Positions 1 through 8,737 of a stretch of 64,000 bases of DNA are shown piece after piece. The DNA is from Candidatus Aldehydirespirator sp. Lineage in GTDB: Bacteria; Actinomycetota; Acidimicrobiia; Acidimicrobiales; Aldehydirespiratoraceae. The notes under the pieces were generated by a model that saw only the letters and a program-made list of their open reading frames with translations, was not told where the DNA came from and made no database searches. Within the stretch, counting starts at the first letter, position 1. Each line of letters starts with the position of its first letter. The translations under genes were made by a program, and so were the position numbers. Location of the stretch: positions 2,028,048 through 2,092,047 of the forward strand of contig OZ241894.1 of NCBI GenBank assembly GCA_965203575.1. Direction: 5' to 3'.

Positions 1-133
1 CGGTGTGTGGTCTGTGCAGGAGTGGCCCCTCGGCGATGAGACGTTGCTCGACCCTCTGGAGTCGAGCGCGGTCCTGATCCTCCAGCGTCAGGACCCACTC
101 TCGGTACTCAGCAGTGGTCAGGAACTCCCACAT
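1..133 (-). CDS. RelE/ParE-superfamily (Gp49/HigB-like) toxin, N-terminal part; gene runs off the window start
   Basis: My own minus-strand translation from the ATG at 133 gives MWEFLTTAEYREWVLTLEDQDRARLQRVEQRLIAEGPLLHRPHT. This fits the MWE..F..W..L....R.......L...GP.LGRP pattern of Gp49-type toxins. It is absent from the ORF track because it is cut by the window edge. Confidence 0.5.
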   Translation of the reverse strand, partial: MWEFLTTAEYREWVLTLEDQDRARLQRVEQRLIAEGPLLHRPHT

Positions 134-333
134 GGCGCATTCAGCCTACGGAAGCCTCACAGGGCCACAAGGAGAAACCGACAGCGGCGCACCGTCTCAC
201 CCATGAGTCCCGATCGATTCCAGTCGGCGGCGAACACTCACGACGACGGCGGAACTCGATCCGGCGGCACCGATCCGCTCGGTCGGGCACACCCGCACTG
301 CATCAGTACGGCAGGCCCATACGCGGCCATCTG

Positions 334-771
334 GTGAGGCTGAGCTCGACCCACGACCCGGCCGGCGGCACCCCCGCCAACGCGTCGACGTTCCCGGTCG
401 CCCGCCGGACCGACTCCTCTGGCTCGGTCCGCATCGGGTACACCTACACGGGCGGCGGCTCAACGGAGACGATCACAGCGAACACGGCCTCTGACGTGAC
501 GGCCAATGCGACGCTCACCCCGATCACCGCCGGTGGAGCCAATGTCACGAAGGCTGTCTACTGGGCGGCACCAGCGGCAGGCCCCGGCGTCGCCAGCGGA
601 ACGGTTCTGGCGGCCGACCTCGACAACAACACGATCATCGTCTCGGGCAGCGACGGTCCGCAGTCGGTCAACTACGACGACAACGACCAGTACGCCGTAG
701 GAGCATCCGGCGAGGAGGCCCTCACGAGCATGGTTCGGGGAAGTCATCACCTCCCCGGAACCCGAGGGTGA
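334..771 (+). pseudogene. Orphan fragment of the SLH-surface-protein paralogue family (C-terminal module, truncated after ...EEALTSM)
   Basis: VYWAAPAAGPG..GTVLAADLDNNTIIVSGSDGPQSVNYDDNDQY aligns with VYWAADAG...VLAGD.RRR.IVVNDGDGPV.LV.DDNDRF of the 4542 and 7073 proteins. It has no signal peptide or SLH region, and homology stops at about 735. Confidence 0.55.
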
Positions 772-819
772 ACGCCTCATGCTCGCGTAGGGCGCCGCAA
801 CCTCGCTTGCAGCGGAGCG

Positions 820-2070
820 TCAGTGGGCGGTCCAGAGGCGGGATATGGGCAATGCCAGTATGCGGTCTCCGAGGCGGTAGGCGTGTTCGCCGGTGTGCAG
901 GACGGCGCCGCACACGAAGTCGTCGGAAGCCCGGTCGCGGAGCCAATGGAGGTGCCGGGCATCGTGTCGGTGCACGACGGGGGCCGACTTGACCTCGATG
1001 GCCACCAGCCGGCCGTCGGCGGCCTCGGCGACGATGTCTATCTCGGTGCCGCCGCGGTCGCGGAAGTGGTGCAGGGCAATGTTGTCGCTGTGCCAGGAGA
1101 CTTGGCGGTGCAGTTCGTTGGCGACGAAGGACTCGATGAGCTGGCCGCGGGCGGGATCCGTGGGGCGGGCCAGCGACTGCGGATTCCTGCCGAGCAGGTA
1201 CGCGGCGAGACCGCTGTCGACGAGGTGAGCCTTCTGCCGACGGGCGGCCTTGCTGGAGAGGTTGCGCGACCATGCCGGCAGCAGCAGGACCAGATAGGTC
1301 ATCTGCAGGTACCCGAGGTAGGCCTCGGTGGTGCTGCGGCTTCCGAGGCCAGTCGCCCGGTGCAGGTTCTCCAGAACCAGCTCGCCGGCTGTGCGGGCCG
1401 CCAGCAGCCTCAGCAGCTTGGGCAGCTCGTATGTGCGCCGTGCGCCCGAGAGGTCCTTGATGTCGCGCTGGATGACGGTTCGCACATAGTCGCGGAACCA
1501 CACCTGGCGGGTCTGCGGCGCCATGGCCACCGCCTCGGGGAACCCTCCCGCACAGACTCGGCTGAGATAGTCGGGAAGGCCCAACGTAGAGGGTCCGCCG
1601 TCCAGGAGGCGGTCAGGATCCGCGAAGGCTGCTCTGACGAACCCGTCGGGTTCCTGGTGCATCTCACCTTGTGTGAAGGGCCAGAGCTCCAGGAACGCCG
1701 CCCGGCCCGCCAGTGACTCGGAGATGGTCGGCACGGTCAGGAAGTCCGCCGAGCCGTTCAGCAGGAACTGGCCGCGGCTGGGATCGTCGTCCACGATGTT
1801 CTTGATGGCCCGGATCAGGGGGTCGCCGGCCCGCTGCACCTCGTCGAAGGCCCGCGGCGTGTCCCCGAACGCGGCGAACCCATCGGGGTCGTCCAACGCG
1901 GCCCGCAGGGTCGCCTCCCGGTCGAGGCGCGCGAACGTGCCCGCGCCGCCCAGTGTGTGGCGCACCAGCGTGGTCTTGCCCGCTTGGCGCGGACCGGTGA
2001 CCACCACCACTCGAAAGCTGGACAGCATGCGGCGGGTGATCGGCTCCAAGCGTCTCGGCACGTCACCCAT
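820..2070 (-). CDS. AAA-family ATPase with C-terminal DUF4143 (PD-(D/E)xK-like) domain
   Basis: Walker A is VVVTGPRQAGKTTL. The C-terminal TEIDIVAEAADGRLVAIEVKS resembles a nuclease-fold D..E.K motif. Paralogous to 16955..18232 and to the 12054 fragment. Confidence 0.85.
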   Translation of the reverse strand: MGDVPRRLEPITRRMLSSFRVVVVTGPRQAGKTTLVRHTLGGAGTFARLDREATLRAALDDPDGFAAFGDTPRAFDEVQRAGDPLIRAIKNIVDDDPSRGQFLLNGSADFLTVPTISESLAGRAAFLELWPFTQGEMHQEPDGFVRAAFADPDRLLDGGPSTLGLPDYLSRVCAGGFPEAVAMAPQTRQVWFRDYVRTVIQRDIKDLSGARRTYELPKLLRLLAARTAGELVLENLHRATGLGSRSTTEAYLGYLQMTYLVLLLPAWSRNLSSKAARRQKAHLVDSGLAAYLLGRNPQSLARPTDPARGQLIESFVANELHRQVSWHSDNIALHHFRDRGGTEIDIVAEAADGRLVAIEVKSAPVVHRHDARHLHWLRDRASDDFVCGAVLHTGEHAYRLGDRILALPISRLWTAH

Positions 2071-2309
2071 CCGGGCCTCCTAATGCTAAAATCGTCTGAA
2101 GCCTATTGGTAGTTTCGTCCTACAACTACTGGGACTATCGTCGGTTCTCGCCAATCCGAAGGCATCCGCTGGGCAACAATCACCTACCCGCGCTGCCTCT
2201 AATTCAAAATCAGAACTTGAAACAGCTGCTCATCAGAGCCGAGACTGGTCACGCCTGTAACCCGGGCGCAGCGGCTGGTGCCCGCGCGGACACCGCCGGG
2301 GTGCCGGCG

Positions 2310-2462
2310 TCACTCGGCTCGCAATACCTGCTCGTTCTCGCGCTGCGCGAGGTAGTCGTCGGCTTCTGACCTGAACGCCACGGCCCCGTCCGAGTCATGT
2401 GCAGTTATGTGGATATTGTTCCAATGGCCCACCCGAACCCTGCAATCGAACAATACCGTCAT
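2310..2462 (-). CDS. Small hypothetical protein (50 aa)
   Basis: My own translation gives MTVLFDCRVRVGHWNNIHITAHDSDGAVAFRSEADDYLAQRENEQVLRAE. A GGAGGA sits about 13 nt upstream of the ATG. Below the ORF-track size cutoff; no recognisable family. Confidence 0.3.
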   Translation of the reverse strand: MTVLFDCRVRVGHWNNIHITAHDSDGAVAFRSEADDYLAQRENEQVLRAE

Positions 2463-2526
2463 AACTCAGTAGTCCTCCGGTGTCCGCCGTCGCTGAACGC
2501 ACATCGCTCCTGCTAGGGTCGTCTCA

Positions 2527-2979
2527 GTGAACGACATGGACTCTCCCGCAGAGGTGCCTGCCGGCGGCCATGATCGGGCCGGGCCGCTGCTGGCGCGCCG
2601 CTACACGGTTGTGGGCGAGCTCCCCGCCGCTATGGCGATCCCCGGCGGCCGCGGCGCGGGCTACTGGCCGGTGATCCAGCTCGTCAAGGACTGGAACAAC
2701 CAGCCCGAGTCGAGGGCCCTCATGCTCGCCGGCGGCCTGCCCGAAGGCACGGACGCGACCGCCGCGGCCAAGATTGCGGCGGTCGTGCATGCGCTGTGCC
2801 AGCGCGACGGCCATCCCCCGCCGGAGTGGGTCGCCTCGGCCCGCTCGCCTGTTGATGTGGCCCTGGTGCCCGACGTGGACCTGGAGTCGCCCTACGGGCG
2901 GCGTCTGCGCCGCGACGCCCCCGGGGTCTGCCGCTACCACCGGGTCTACTTCTCGGTGGTGGACCTTCGTTCCACATGA
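2527..2979 (+). CDS. Hypothetical protein, translationally coupled partner of the downstream nucleotidyltransferase-fold protein (possible antitoxin)
   Basis: 150-aa ORF whose stop overlaps the next start (ATGA at 2976-2979). No family recognised. Confidence 0.5.
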   Translation: MNDMDSPAEVPAGGHDRAGPLLARRYTVVGELPAAMAIPGGRGAGYWPVIQLVKDWNNQPESRALMLAGGLPEGTDATAAAKIAAVVHALCQRDGHPPPEWVASARSPVDVALVPDVDLESPYGRRLRRDAPGVCRYHRVYFSVVDLRST

Positions 2980-3593
2980 CCGAGGCCTGGCCGCCGGTAC
3001 CGCCTGACCCGCAGCTCGGCGCCGCCGACATCCGGCGCCTGTTCGACGCGTTGTCGTCGCATCTGCGCGATGCCGGCTCGGCCGGCCACCACCTGATGAT
3101 CGCCGGCGGGGCTGCGTTGGCGCTGATGTGGGAGGACCGCACCACCCACGACATCGACGTCCTCGAGCACCGCTTCCGCGCCGCGCCGCACGCCGGCACC
3201 GAGCGGCGCACCGCAGCGGTGGACTTCATCTCGATGCGCTTCCCCGCCGAGTTGGCGCGCGCCGCCCGGCTCGTCGCCGACGCCGAGGGCCTCCCGCGCA
3301 ACTGGCTCAACGGCGCCGTGGCGATCTTCACGCCCGCCGGCGACCTCCATCCCCAGGTTCTGCACCAGACCGACTGCCTCACGATCGAAGCCCCCTCGCC
3401 CGCCGTGCTGCTGGCCATGAAGGTGTACGCAGCCCGCCCCCTGGACCTCCAAGACGCAGCCCGGCTGGCGCGCGGCACCGGGGCTACAGACCCCGGCCAG
3501 CTGCTCGCGCTGGTCGCGGACGCCTACGGCGCCGACGCCGCCGACGCCGCCACCGCCGACTTCGCCGAGCAGGCTGTGTCGCTGGCGCTCTAG
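2976..3593 (+). CDS. Nucleotidyltransferase-fold protein (DUF6036/AbiEii-like minimal NTase)
   Basis: IAGGAALALMWEDRTTHDIDVL matches the G-x-A...T.DID NTase motif. WLNGAV and PAVLLAMKVYAARPLDLQDA match the C-terminal pattern of this family. Confidence 0.55.
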   Translation: MTEAWPPVPPDPQLGAADIRRLFDALSSHLRDAGSAGHHLMIAGGAALALMWEDRTTHDIDVLEHRFRAAPHAGTERRTAAVDFISMRFPAELARAARLVADAEGLPRNWLNGAVAIFTPAGDLHPQVLHQTDCLTIEAPSPAVLLAMKVYAARPLDLQDAARLARGTGATDPGQLLALVADAYGADAADAATADFAEQAVSLAL

Positions 3594-3654
3594 CGGAGGG
3601 GGTCGGGGCCCCGGGACGCACGGGGTCCCGTTCCCGGGAACCCCTTCCCGGGCG

Positions 3655-3729
3655 CCAGGGTCACCCTGGCGACGGCCGCGTCACCGAGTACGGCCTGAGC
3701 TGAGCGGCCTCGCATCTTGGGAGTTGCGC
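3655..3729 (+). pseudogene. Displaced 3' end of an SLH-family paralogue (...GRVTEYGLS*) plus a conserved 22-nt post-stop block
   Basis: gtcaccgagtac..ctga followed by cctcgcatcttgggagttgcgc (3708-3729). The same 22-mer follows the stop of the 4542..5633 gene (5638-5659). Confidence 0.55.
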
Positions 3730-3834
3730 CGGGAGTCTGGCCGGCGACCGGGATTGGAGGGTTGACGCAAGCAGGGTGCCTATAGTTGAGTGTGGGCTAG
3801 TTGAGTGTGGGCGCACCACAGGAGAGGCGAAGCC

Positions 3835-4068
3835 ATGGACGACATCGATCGGCTCTTGGCAGATTATGGTCGGAACTTTCCCGCCTTTGAACGACAGGAA
3901 GCGCTCCTTGAGCAGGAGCATCTCGGCAGGTTCGCCCTGTTTTGCGACGGCGAGCTAGTCGGCGTGTACGACACCTCCGAGGAGGCTGACGCCGCGGGAG
4001 CAGCCCACGGCGACTACGCGGTGTTCAAGATCGGCAGACAGCCTCTCAGATTCTCAATGCCCGCGTGA
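3835..4068 (+). CDS. Small hypothetical protein (DUF5678-like pattern)
   Basis: AGGAGAGG RBS before the ATG at 3835. MDDIDRLLADYGRNFPAFERQEALLEQEHLGRFALFCDGELVGVYDTSEEA resembles small G.WVA..DG.VV proteins. Weak call. Confidence 0.4.
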   Translation: MDDIDRLLADYGRNFPAFERQEALLEQEHLGRFALFCDGELVGVYDTSEEADAAGAAHGDYAVFKIGRQPLRFSMPA

Positions 4069-4250
4069 CGGCGCTCTATGCGCCGATGTGGATCGTCCCG
4101 AGACGGCTCCCAACTCAATGGCGGCTGTGGAAGGCGCACATCGACACAGGGTCTCCGGTGACCATCGCCGGGAGCCGTCTCGCGCGCCATCTGCTGGAAC
4201 AGCACATCAGGCACCTGACAAACGAGCGTCGAGGGCCACGCGCATCGAGT
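4065..4250 (+). pseudogene. Possible retropepsin-like aspartic protease fragment
   Basis: WKAHIDTGSPVTIAGSRLARHL contains a D-T-G-S active-site-like motif in the usual context. The frame degenerates into low-complexity sequence after about 60 aa. Confidence 0.3.
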
Positions 4251-4541
4251 CACCCACACGCTGCGCAGCAATGTCCTTCGGCACAGTCGTGCTTGCGGCA
4301 ATGTTGCAGTGCCGGCACCGTGCCCGAGGCACAGAACACAGAGCCTCCGTCTTGTCCCTCAGCCGTCCACGGGCTCCCCTCGTCGCCTGGGCGCCTCAGC
4401 CGCGGCCGGCTGGTTCGTGCGCCCCTTGTGAGGTCGGCGTTTGCGCGGCGCTCGTACCTCAGACGGCCGCCTCGTCCGACATGTCGGAGTTGTCCGGCAG
4501 CCTGTAGTGAAAAGGATTGTCCAGGCCTGTGGTCCTAGAGA

Positions 4542-5633
4542 TTGCTTACGGGTTGGGCAGTGCTCGCCGCAGGCGCCTTGATCGCATCGCTCCTCGCAGT
4601 CAGCGCGAGCCCGGCAGCAGCCGTCCAAGAGAAGGCGGACCACGCTTCGGCGACGGCGGCGTGTGTGGGTGACGCTCTCGGCGACCAGATGTTCACCGAC
4701 GTGTCCGATGGTCACGCCTTTGGCGACGCCATCAACTGCGTCGCCTACTACGGCATCACCAACGGCACCGGGGACGGCTCGACGTACTCCCCGAACGACG
4801 ATGTGACCCGGGCCGAGATGGCGACGTTCCTGATCGGTCTGCTCGTCGAGGCCGCACCGAACGTGACTGTCGACTCCAACGGCACCATCCTGTTGGGCAC
4901 CGCGGGTTCAAGGTCCGTGGCCGACGACCGCTTCCCCGACACGAGCGATGCGAAGATCGCTGCGCTCTACGAGCTGGGCGTGACCAGGGGTGCCAGCGCT
5001 GCGGAGGTGCAGGATCCCACAATGCCGCCGCTGGACCTCAACTACGAGCCCGACGGCACCGTCGACCGGGGCCAGATGGCTGCGTTGCTGGGCGGATTCG
5101 CATCCAACAGCGCGACCGTCACCGTGCTCGACCAGTACGGCAATCCCTTCCCCGGCGCCAAAGTCAGGCTCGCAGGCACCCTGTCGGGGTCGGGGACCGT
5201 CACACACGGTACCGCCGAGCTCACGGTGGACGGCCGCGGCTCCCGCCGGTTCGCCTACCAGTACAGGGGGCAGGGCGGCGAGACCGAAACCCTGACCCCC
5301 TCCTACGGTGCGACCACTGCCAACCTCACGGGGACGACCGCCACGGTGTACTGGGCCGCCGACGCCGGACCGAACGACGACGACGAAGCCCGGGCGGTGC
5401 TGGCCGGCGACATCCGCCGGCGCCACATCGTGGTCAACGACGGCGACGGCCCCGTGCTGCTGGTCTACGACGATAATGACCGGTTCAACCTGCGGGGCGA
5501 GCCCACCTCGATGGCCGCCTTCGAGGCCGTTCTCGCCGCGGCGCTCAGGCAGGACAGTCCGGGCGTGACCCTGGAGTGGAGCAACTACCGGGCCGGCAGC
5601 GACCGTCGCGTTACCGAGTACGACCTGACCTGA
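4542..5633 (+). CDS. Secreted SLH-domain surface protein with Big-like domain and conserved family C-terminal module
   Basis: Signal-like AVLAAGALIASLLAVSASPAAAV. SLH pattern FTDVSDGHAFGDAINCVAYYGITNGTGDGSTYSPNDDVTRAEMATFL. Ig-like VTVLDQYGNPFPGAKV. C-terminal VYWAAD...EWSNYRAGSDRRVTEYDLT. The TTG start is uncertain. Confidence 0.8.
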   Translation: MLTGWAVLAAGALIASLLAVSASPAAAVQEKADHASATAACVGDALGDQMFTDVSDGHAFGDAINCVAYYGITNGTGDGSTYSPNDDVTRAEMATFLIGLLVEAAPNVTVDSNGTILLGTAGSRSVADDRFPDTSDAKIAALYELGVTRGASAAEVQDPTMPPLDLNYEPDGTVDRGQMAALLGGFASNSATVTVLDQYGNPFPGAKVRLAGTLSGSGTVTHGTAELTVDGRGSRRFAYQYRGQGGETETLTPSYGATTANLTGTTATVYWAADAGPNDDDEARAVLAGDIRRRHIVVNDGDGPVLLVYDDNDRFNLRGEPTSMAAFEAVLAAALRQDSPGVTLEWSNYRAGSDRRVTEYDLT

Positions 5634-5713
5634 ACGCCCTCGCATCTTGGGAGTTGCGCTGAGCAGCCGGTGTGGCACACTGGGGGCCTGCCGCGGCAGG
5701 CCAAGGAGATTGA

Positions 5714-5929
5714 TTGAGTGGACGCAGGCCACGCCACGGACACGGCGACTATGAGGCGCTGCTGAAACGGGCCGAGGACGATGGTTGGCGCGTCACCAAG
5801 GGCAAGAAGCACTTTCGTGCTCTCTGTCCGTACCCATGCGAGTGCAGGGTGACGGTCTCAGCTACCCCTCGACACTCGGGGACGCTCAAGAAGGTCCGCG
5901 CGGACTTCAACCGATGCAGAGGCGGGTGA
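5714..5929 (+). CDS. Small basic protein, HicA-like toxin candidate
   Basis: YEALLKRAEDDGWRVTKGKKHFRALCP....RVTVSATPRHSGTLKKVRADF resembles the HicA layout (..L...GW......SH......P......P.H.....GTL..I). The resemblance is weak. Confidence 0.4.
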   Translation: MSGRRPRHGHGDYEALLKRAEDDGWRVTKGKKHFRALCPYPCECRVTVSATPRHSGTLKKVRADFNRCRGG

Positions 5930-5930
5930 C

Positions 5931-6305
5931 ATGGTGACCGAGGATCATGTGCAGGTGAGCGTCGCAGGCACGCTGACCTGTATCGACGAGAACGGAGCCA
6001 GAGCGCTCTCTGCCGATGAGTTCCACGACGTGATGGACCGCATAGCCGAGCATCTCGACAACGAGGCCGAGATCACGGACCCGGGCACATGGGGTCAGGC
6101 CAGCACGGGCGATATGGAGGTCCATTTCGTTCTTGTCGATGCCGTCGCTGGACCCGAGCTGAACCAGCAGGTCGGGTCCATCATCAGGCGGATGGGCGAG
6201 GAGGTTGGCCTGATCTGGCCCACCGCGCCGAGCGGGGCGACGCGCAGTGTCTCGGGCACGATGCTGGCCCAGACGCGCCAGATCTGCGAACTAGTGGCGG
6301 CGTAG
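5931..6305 (+). CDS. Acidic hypothetical protein, coupled partner of the HicA-like gene
   Basis: The start is 1 nt after the upstream stop (tgacatg). 124 aa; family not recognised. Confidence 0.45.
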   Translation: MVTEDHVQVSVAGTLTCIDENGARALSADEFHDVMDRIAEHLDNEAEITDPGTWGQASTGDMEVHFVLVDAVAGPELNQQVGSIIRRMGEEVGLIWPTAPSGATRSVSGTMLAQTRQICELVAA

Positions 6306-6307
6306 CC

Positions 6308-6357
6308 CACTACCGTCCCGGCAGCGGCCGCCGAGTCACCGAGTACTCCCTGACCTG
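6308..6357 (+). repeat. Second copy of the 50-bp 3' end of the 4542..5633 gene (direct repeat of 5584-5633)
   Basis: cactaccgtcccggcagcggccgccgagtcaccgagtactccctgacctg versus caactaccgggccggcagcgaccgtcgcgttaccgagtacgacctgacctg. Reads ..YRPGSGRRVTEYSLT. Confidence 0.8.
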
Positions 6358-6500
6358 GTGCGGCAACAAGAAAGGGACCCCGTGCGTTCCGGGATCCCGT
6401 TGTCAGCGGTGTGTCGGCTGCATTCGGCTTGCGCCTACTAGCCGGACCGTCAGACGGCTCGATGCTAGGGCCCTGTCACCGCAGTTTCAAACTGGTTCTC

Positions 6501-6977
6501 TCAAATCAGTGGGATCCTGTTCTTGTAGGCCCTGCCTGCGCGGGTGAGTGCTGGCGGGGTGCGGGGAAGCGTGCAGACAGCAGCCAGGGCGTCGGGGATC
6601 AGATCGTGCTCGGCAACGGGCACGCGCAGGCGCGGCCCGTCCACCAGGCGAGCCCGAGTGGATTCACGGCAGCCAGCCGCTGGGAGCGTGGAGGTCCACG
6701 CCGCCGGAAGCGCGAACCGGATCGGGCAGGCGGTTGGACTGGATCGTCTGGGGGTATATCGAGAACGCTGCAGAGGCGGCCTGCTCAAGCTGGGACGAGC
6801 GCCGCCTTGGAGGGAACGCGACGATGACACGCTTGTGCGGGAAGCGGCGCCGGACGGACTCGACCGGCGGCACGAGATCACTATCGCCTGACACGACGAT
6901 CGCAGTGTCGAATCGATTGTCGGAAGCGTCCTCCAGAAGACGCCGTCGATGTAGGCGACCACCCGCGACGCTCCCAC
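6501..6977 (-). pseudogene. NYN (LabA-like) domain gene, frameshifted with an internal deletion
   Basis: The N-terminal VVAYIDG is in one frame. RFDTAIVVSGDSDLVPPVESVRRRFPHKRVIVAFPP is in another (6664..6894). The spacing between the two motifs is far too short. Confidence 0.5.
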
Positions 6978-7072
6978 AGGACGGCGACTGTGCTTAACCC
7001 GATGCCGCGTGCACCTGCGAACTGTCAGAGGTCACTCAGGCCGATCGGTCCTCCTTCCCGTGCGAGATTGAT

Positions 7073-8206
7073 GTGACTGACCCGGTCACCGGACGCGACG
7101 GTGACGCGAGAGTGGCGGTCACCGGTCTGCGGCGCGTTCCGGGGGGCGGTGCCGTCGCGTGGGCCTGGACCGGTCGAACCGGTGACACTCTGGGAGCCGG
7201 CGCAGACCTGTACACGCTCGAGGTGGCCGAGGGAGCCGACGTTGGCTTTGCCACGACCACGCTGATCAGCACGTTCAGCGCCCGCAAGGCTCGCTTCGGC
7301 AGCACGGTCCTGTACACCATGCAGCTGCAAGACATCGTCGGCAACGTACAGACCGGCGAGAATGGTATTGACCCCGCCAAGTGGCTTCTCTCGGTGCGGG
7401 TTGGCGCCGGAGAGCCCGACGAGCAGACGCTGGTGTCCGACCCGTCCGGAGAGGTCGCCTTCACCATCAGCGTGGCAGACCCGAACCCTGGCAGCGCCGA
7501 CGGCGACCTAACGGCTACCTACACGCTGGCCGCGCTCGACAACGCACCCCCCATTGTCGACGCGAGCGGGCAGCCGGCGGCAACCGGCACGTTGACCTTC
7601 AGCGAAGAGGCCAGCAGCATCAGCCCAGGCAGCGCGACGGTCACCATCGAGACCCCCGAGTACGTACACGTGTTGGGCGGCACCGCGTCCAACAGCGTGA
7701 CTGTCACGGTGCGCGATCAGTACGGTTCTCCGTTCCCGGGTGCCATGGTCAGCCTGGGCAGTAGCGGCTTGTCGGACGTCACGCTCGACAGCAGCTCGGT
7801 GCTGACCACGAACAGCCGCGGTTCCCAACGGTTCGCCTACCGTTACAACGGTTCTGGCGGCGAGACGGAGACCCTGACCGCGGGCTACGGCGTCAACAGC
7901 GCCAGCGAGGGCAGCGAGACCGCCACCGTGTACTGGGCCGCTGACGCCGGCGAGGCCGACAGCGGGCCTGTCCTGGCCGGCGATGCCCGCAGGAGGCAGA
8001 TCGTGGTCAATGACGGCGACGGTCCGGTGATCTTGGTCTTCGACGACAACGACCGGTTCGACGTACGGGGCTCGCCCACCAGCATGACCCTCTTCCAGGC
8101 CGAGCTCGCTGAGGCGCTCCGGCGCGACAACCCCGGAGTGGAACTGGAGTGGAGCAACTACAGGGCCCGCAGCGAGAGGCGCGTCACCGAGTACGACCTG
8201 AGTTGA
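7073..8206 (+). CDS. SLH-family paralogue lacking signal peptide and SLH region (5'-truncated, possibly silent copy)
   Basis: VTVRDQYGSPFPGAMV (Big-like), AYRYNGSGGETETLTAGYG, then VYWAADAG...EWSNYRARSERRVTEYDLS. The middle region resembles the 12588 protein (VAWAWTG vs VTVWAWTG). Confidence 0.55.
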   Translation: MTDPVTGRDGDARVAVTGLRRVPGGGAVAWAWTGRTGDTLGAGADLYTLEVAEGADVGFATTTLISTFSARKARFGSTVLYTMQLQDIVGNVQTGENGIDPAKWLLSVRVGAGEPDEQTLVSDPSGEVAFTISVADPNPGSADGDLTATYTLAALDNAPPIVDASGQPAATGTLTFSEEASSISPGSATVTIETPEYVHVLGGTASNSVTVTVRDQYGSPFPGAMVSLGSSGLSDVTLDSSSVLTTNSRGSQRFAYRYNGSGGETETLTAGYGVNSASEGSETATVYWAADAGEADSGPVLAGDARRRQIVVNDGDGPVILVFDDNDRFDVRGSPTSMTLFQAELAEALRRDNPGVELEWSNYRARSERRVTEYDLS

Positions 8207-8312
8207 ACGTCGTCCTTCCGGCCTCGCCAGGAAGTTCAGCCCCAAGAACCACCCATGGGGGGTCGCAAGCAGGTCTATCGCGAGGATGGGCCGCGCCCCG
8301 TCGCTCAAACCG

Positions 8313-8507
8313 TTATGTGCAGTTGTCGTTCACCACGCCGAGACCGAACATCGCGGCGCCGACGATGACGCCCACGAACACGGTCGAGAAGAAGTTCTCG
8401 GTGAAGTTGGTCCATGCGACCGCCACCACGCTGCGGCGCGCCGCGGCGCGGGCCGCGGCCTCGTCGGAGGTCGGTGCCGTTGGTCGGGGGTCGGGTGCTG
8501 GGGCCAT
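8313..8507 (-). CDS. Truncated copy of the small proline-rich single-TM protein (lacks the coiled-coil tail)
   Basis: MAPAPDPRPTAPTSDEAAARAAARRSVVAVAWTNFTENFFSTVFVGVIVGAAMFGLGVVNDNCT* is near-identical to the N-terminus of 9708..10166. Confidence 0.45.
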   Translation of the reverse strand: MAPAPDPRPTAPTSDEAAARAAARRSVVAVAWTNFTENFFSTVFVGVIVGAAMFGLGVVNDNCT

Positions 8508-8530
8508 TCGAGCAGGCGGGTAGGCGACTA
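8313..8530. repeat. Left arm of an inverted repeat of about 215 bp
   Basis: Its reverse complement matches 9690-9905 almost base for base (gcctacccgcctgctcgaatggcccc...ggcgtggtgaacgacaac). Confidence 0.85.
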
Positions 8531-8737
8531 GACGGGAGCTTCCAGGCGCTCGATCCGTTCTTCGTAGCTCTCCAGTGCACCCAGGATCCCATTGACGGTC
8601 TCGATGAGCGTCTTCTGGTTCGCCTCCAACCTGTCGAAGCGCTCGTGCAACTCTTTCACGGACGCGGCCACCTCTCTCACGGACGCGGCCACCGCGTCCA
8701 ACAGCTCGTAGATCGAGGCGAGTGAGTGTTCCTCCAC
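8528..8737 (-). CDS. Small coiled-coil protein (69 aa)
   Basis: AAGGAGGA RBS 7 nt before the GTG at 8737. VEEHSLASIYELLDAVAASVREVAASVKELHERFDRLEANQKTLIETVNGILGALESYEERIERLEAPV has heptad-like character. Confidence 0.55.
   Translation of the reverse strand: MEEHSLASIYELLDAVAASVREVAASVKELHERFDRLEANQKTLIETVNGILGALESYEERIERLEAPV

Noticed and set aside
5-337. 110-aa plus-strand ORF at the window start
   Set aside because: Its first third is antisense to a much better Gp49/RelE-like reading frame on the minus strand, and the remainder is low-complexity with no motif.
3705-3770. The conserved post-stop 22-mer (cctcgcatcttgggagttgcgc) as a reverse-oriented degenerate copy of the E repeat
   Set aside because: Only the atcttggg core and a few flanking bases match. 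This is too short to claim homology without a proper alignment.
5584-5633. The conserved ..RRVTEYDL(T/S)* terminus as a sortase- or exosortase-type sorting signal
   Set aside because: No hydrophobic helix or basic tail follows the motif, which is the very C-terminus. There is therefore no resemblance to LPXTG or PEP-CTERM architecture.
5584-6357. Integron-like gene cassette interpretation
   Set aside because: There is no intI-type integrase, no attI/attC-like imperfect palindromes with extrahelical bases, and no cassette array. Only the weaker statement is retained: a cassette flanked by duplicated gene ends.
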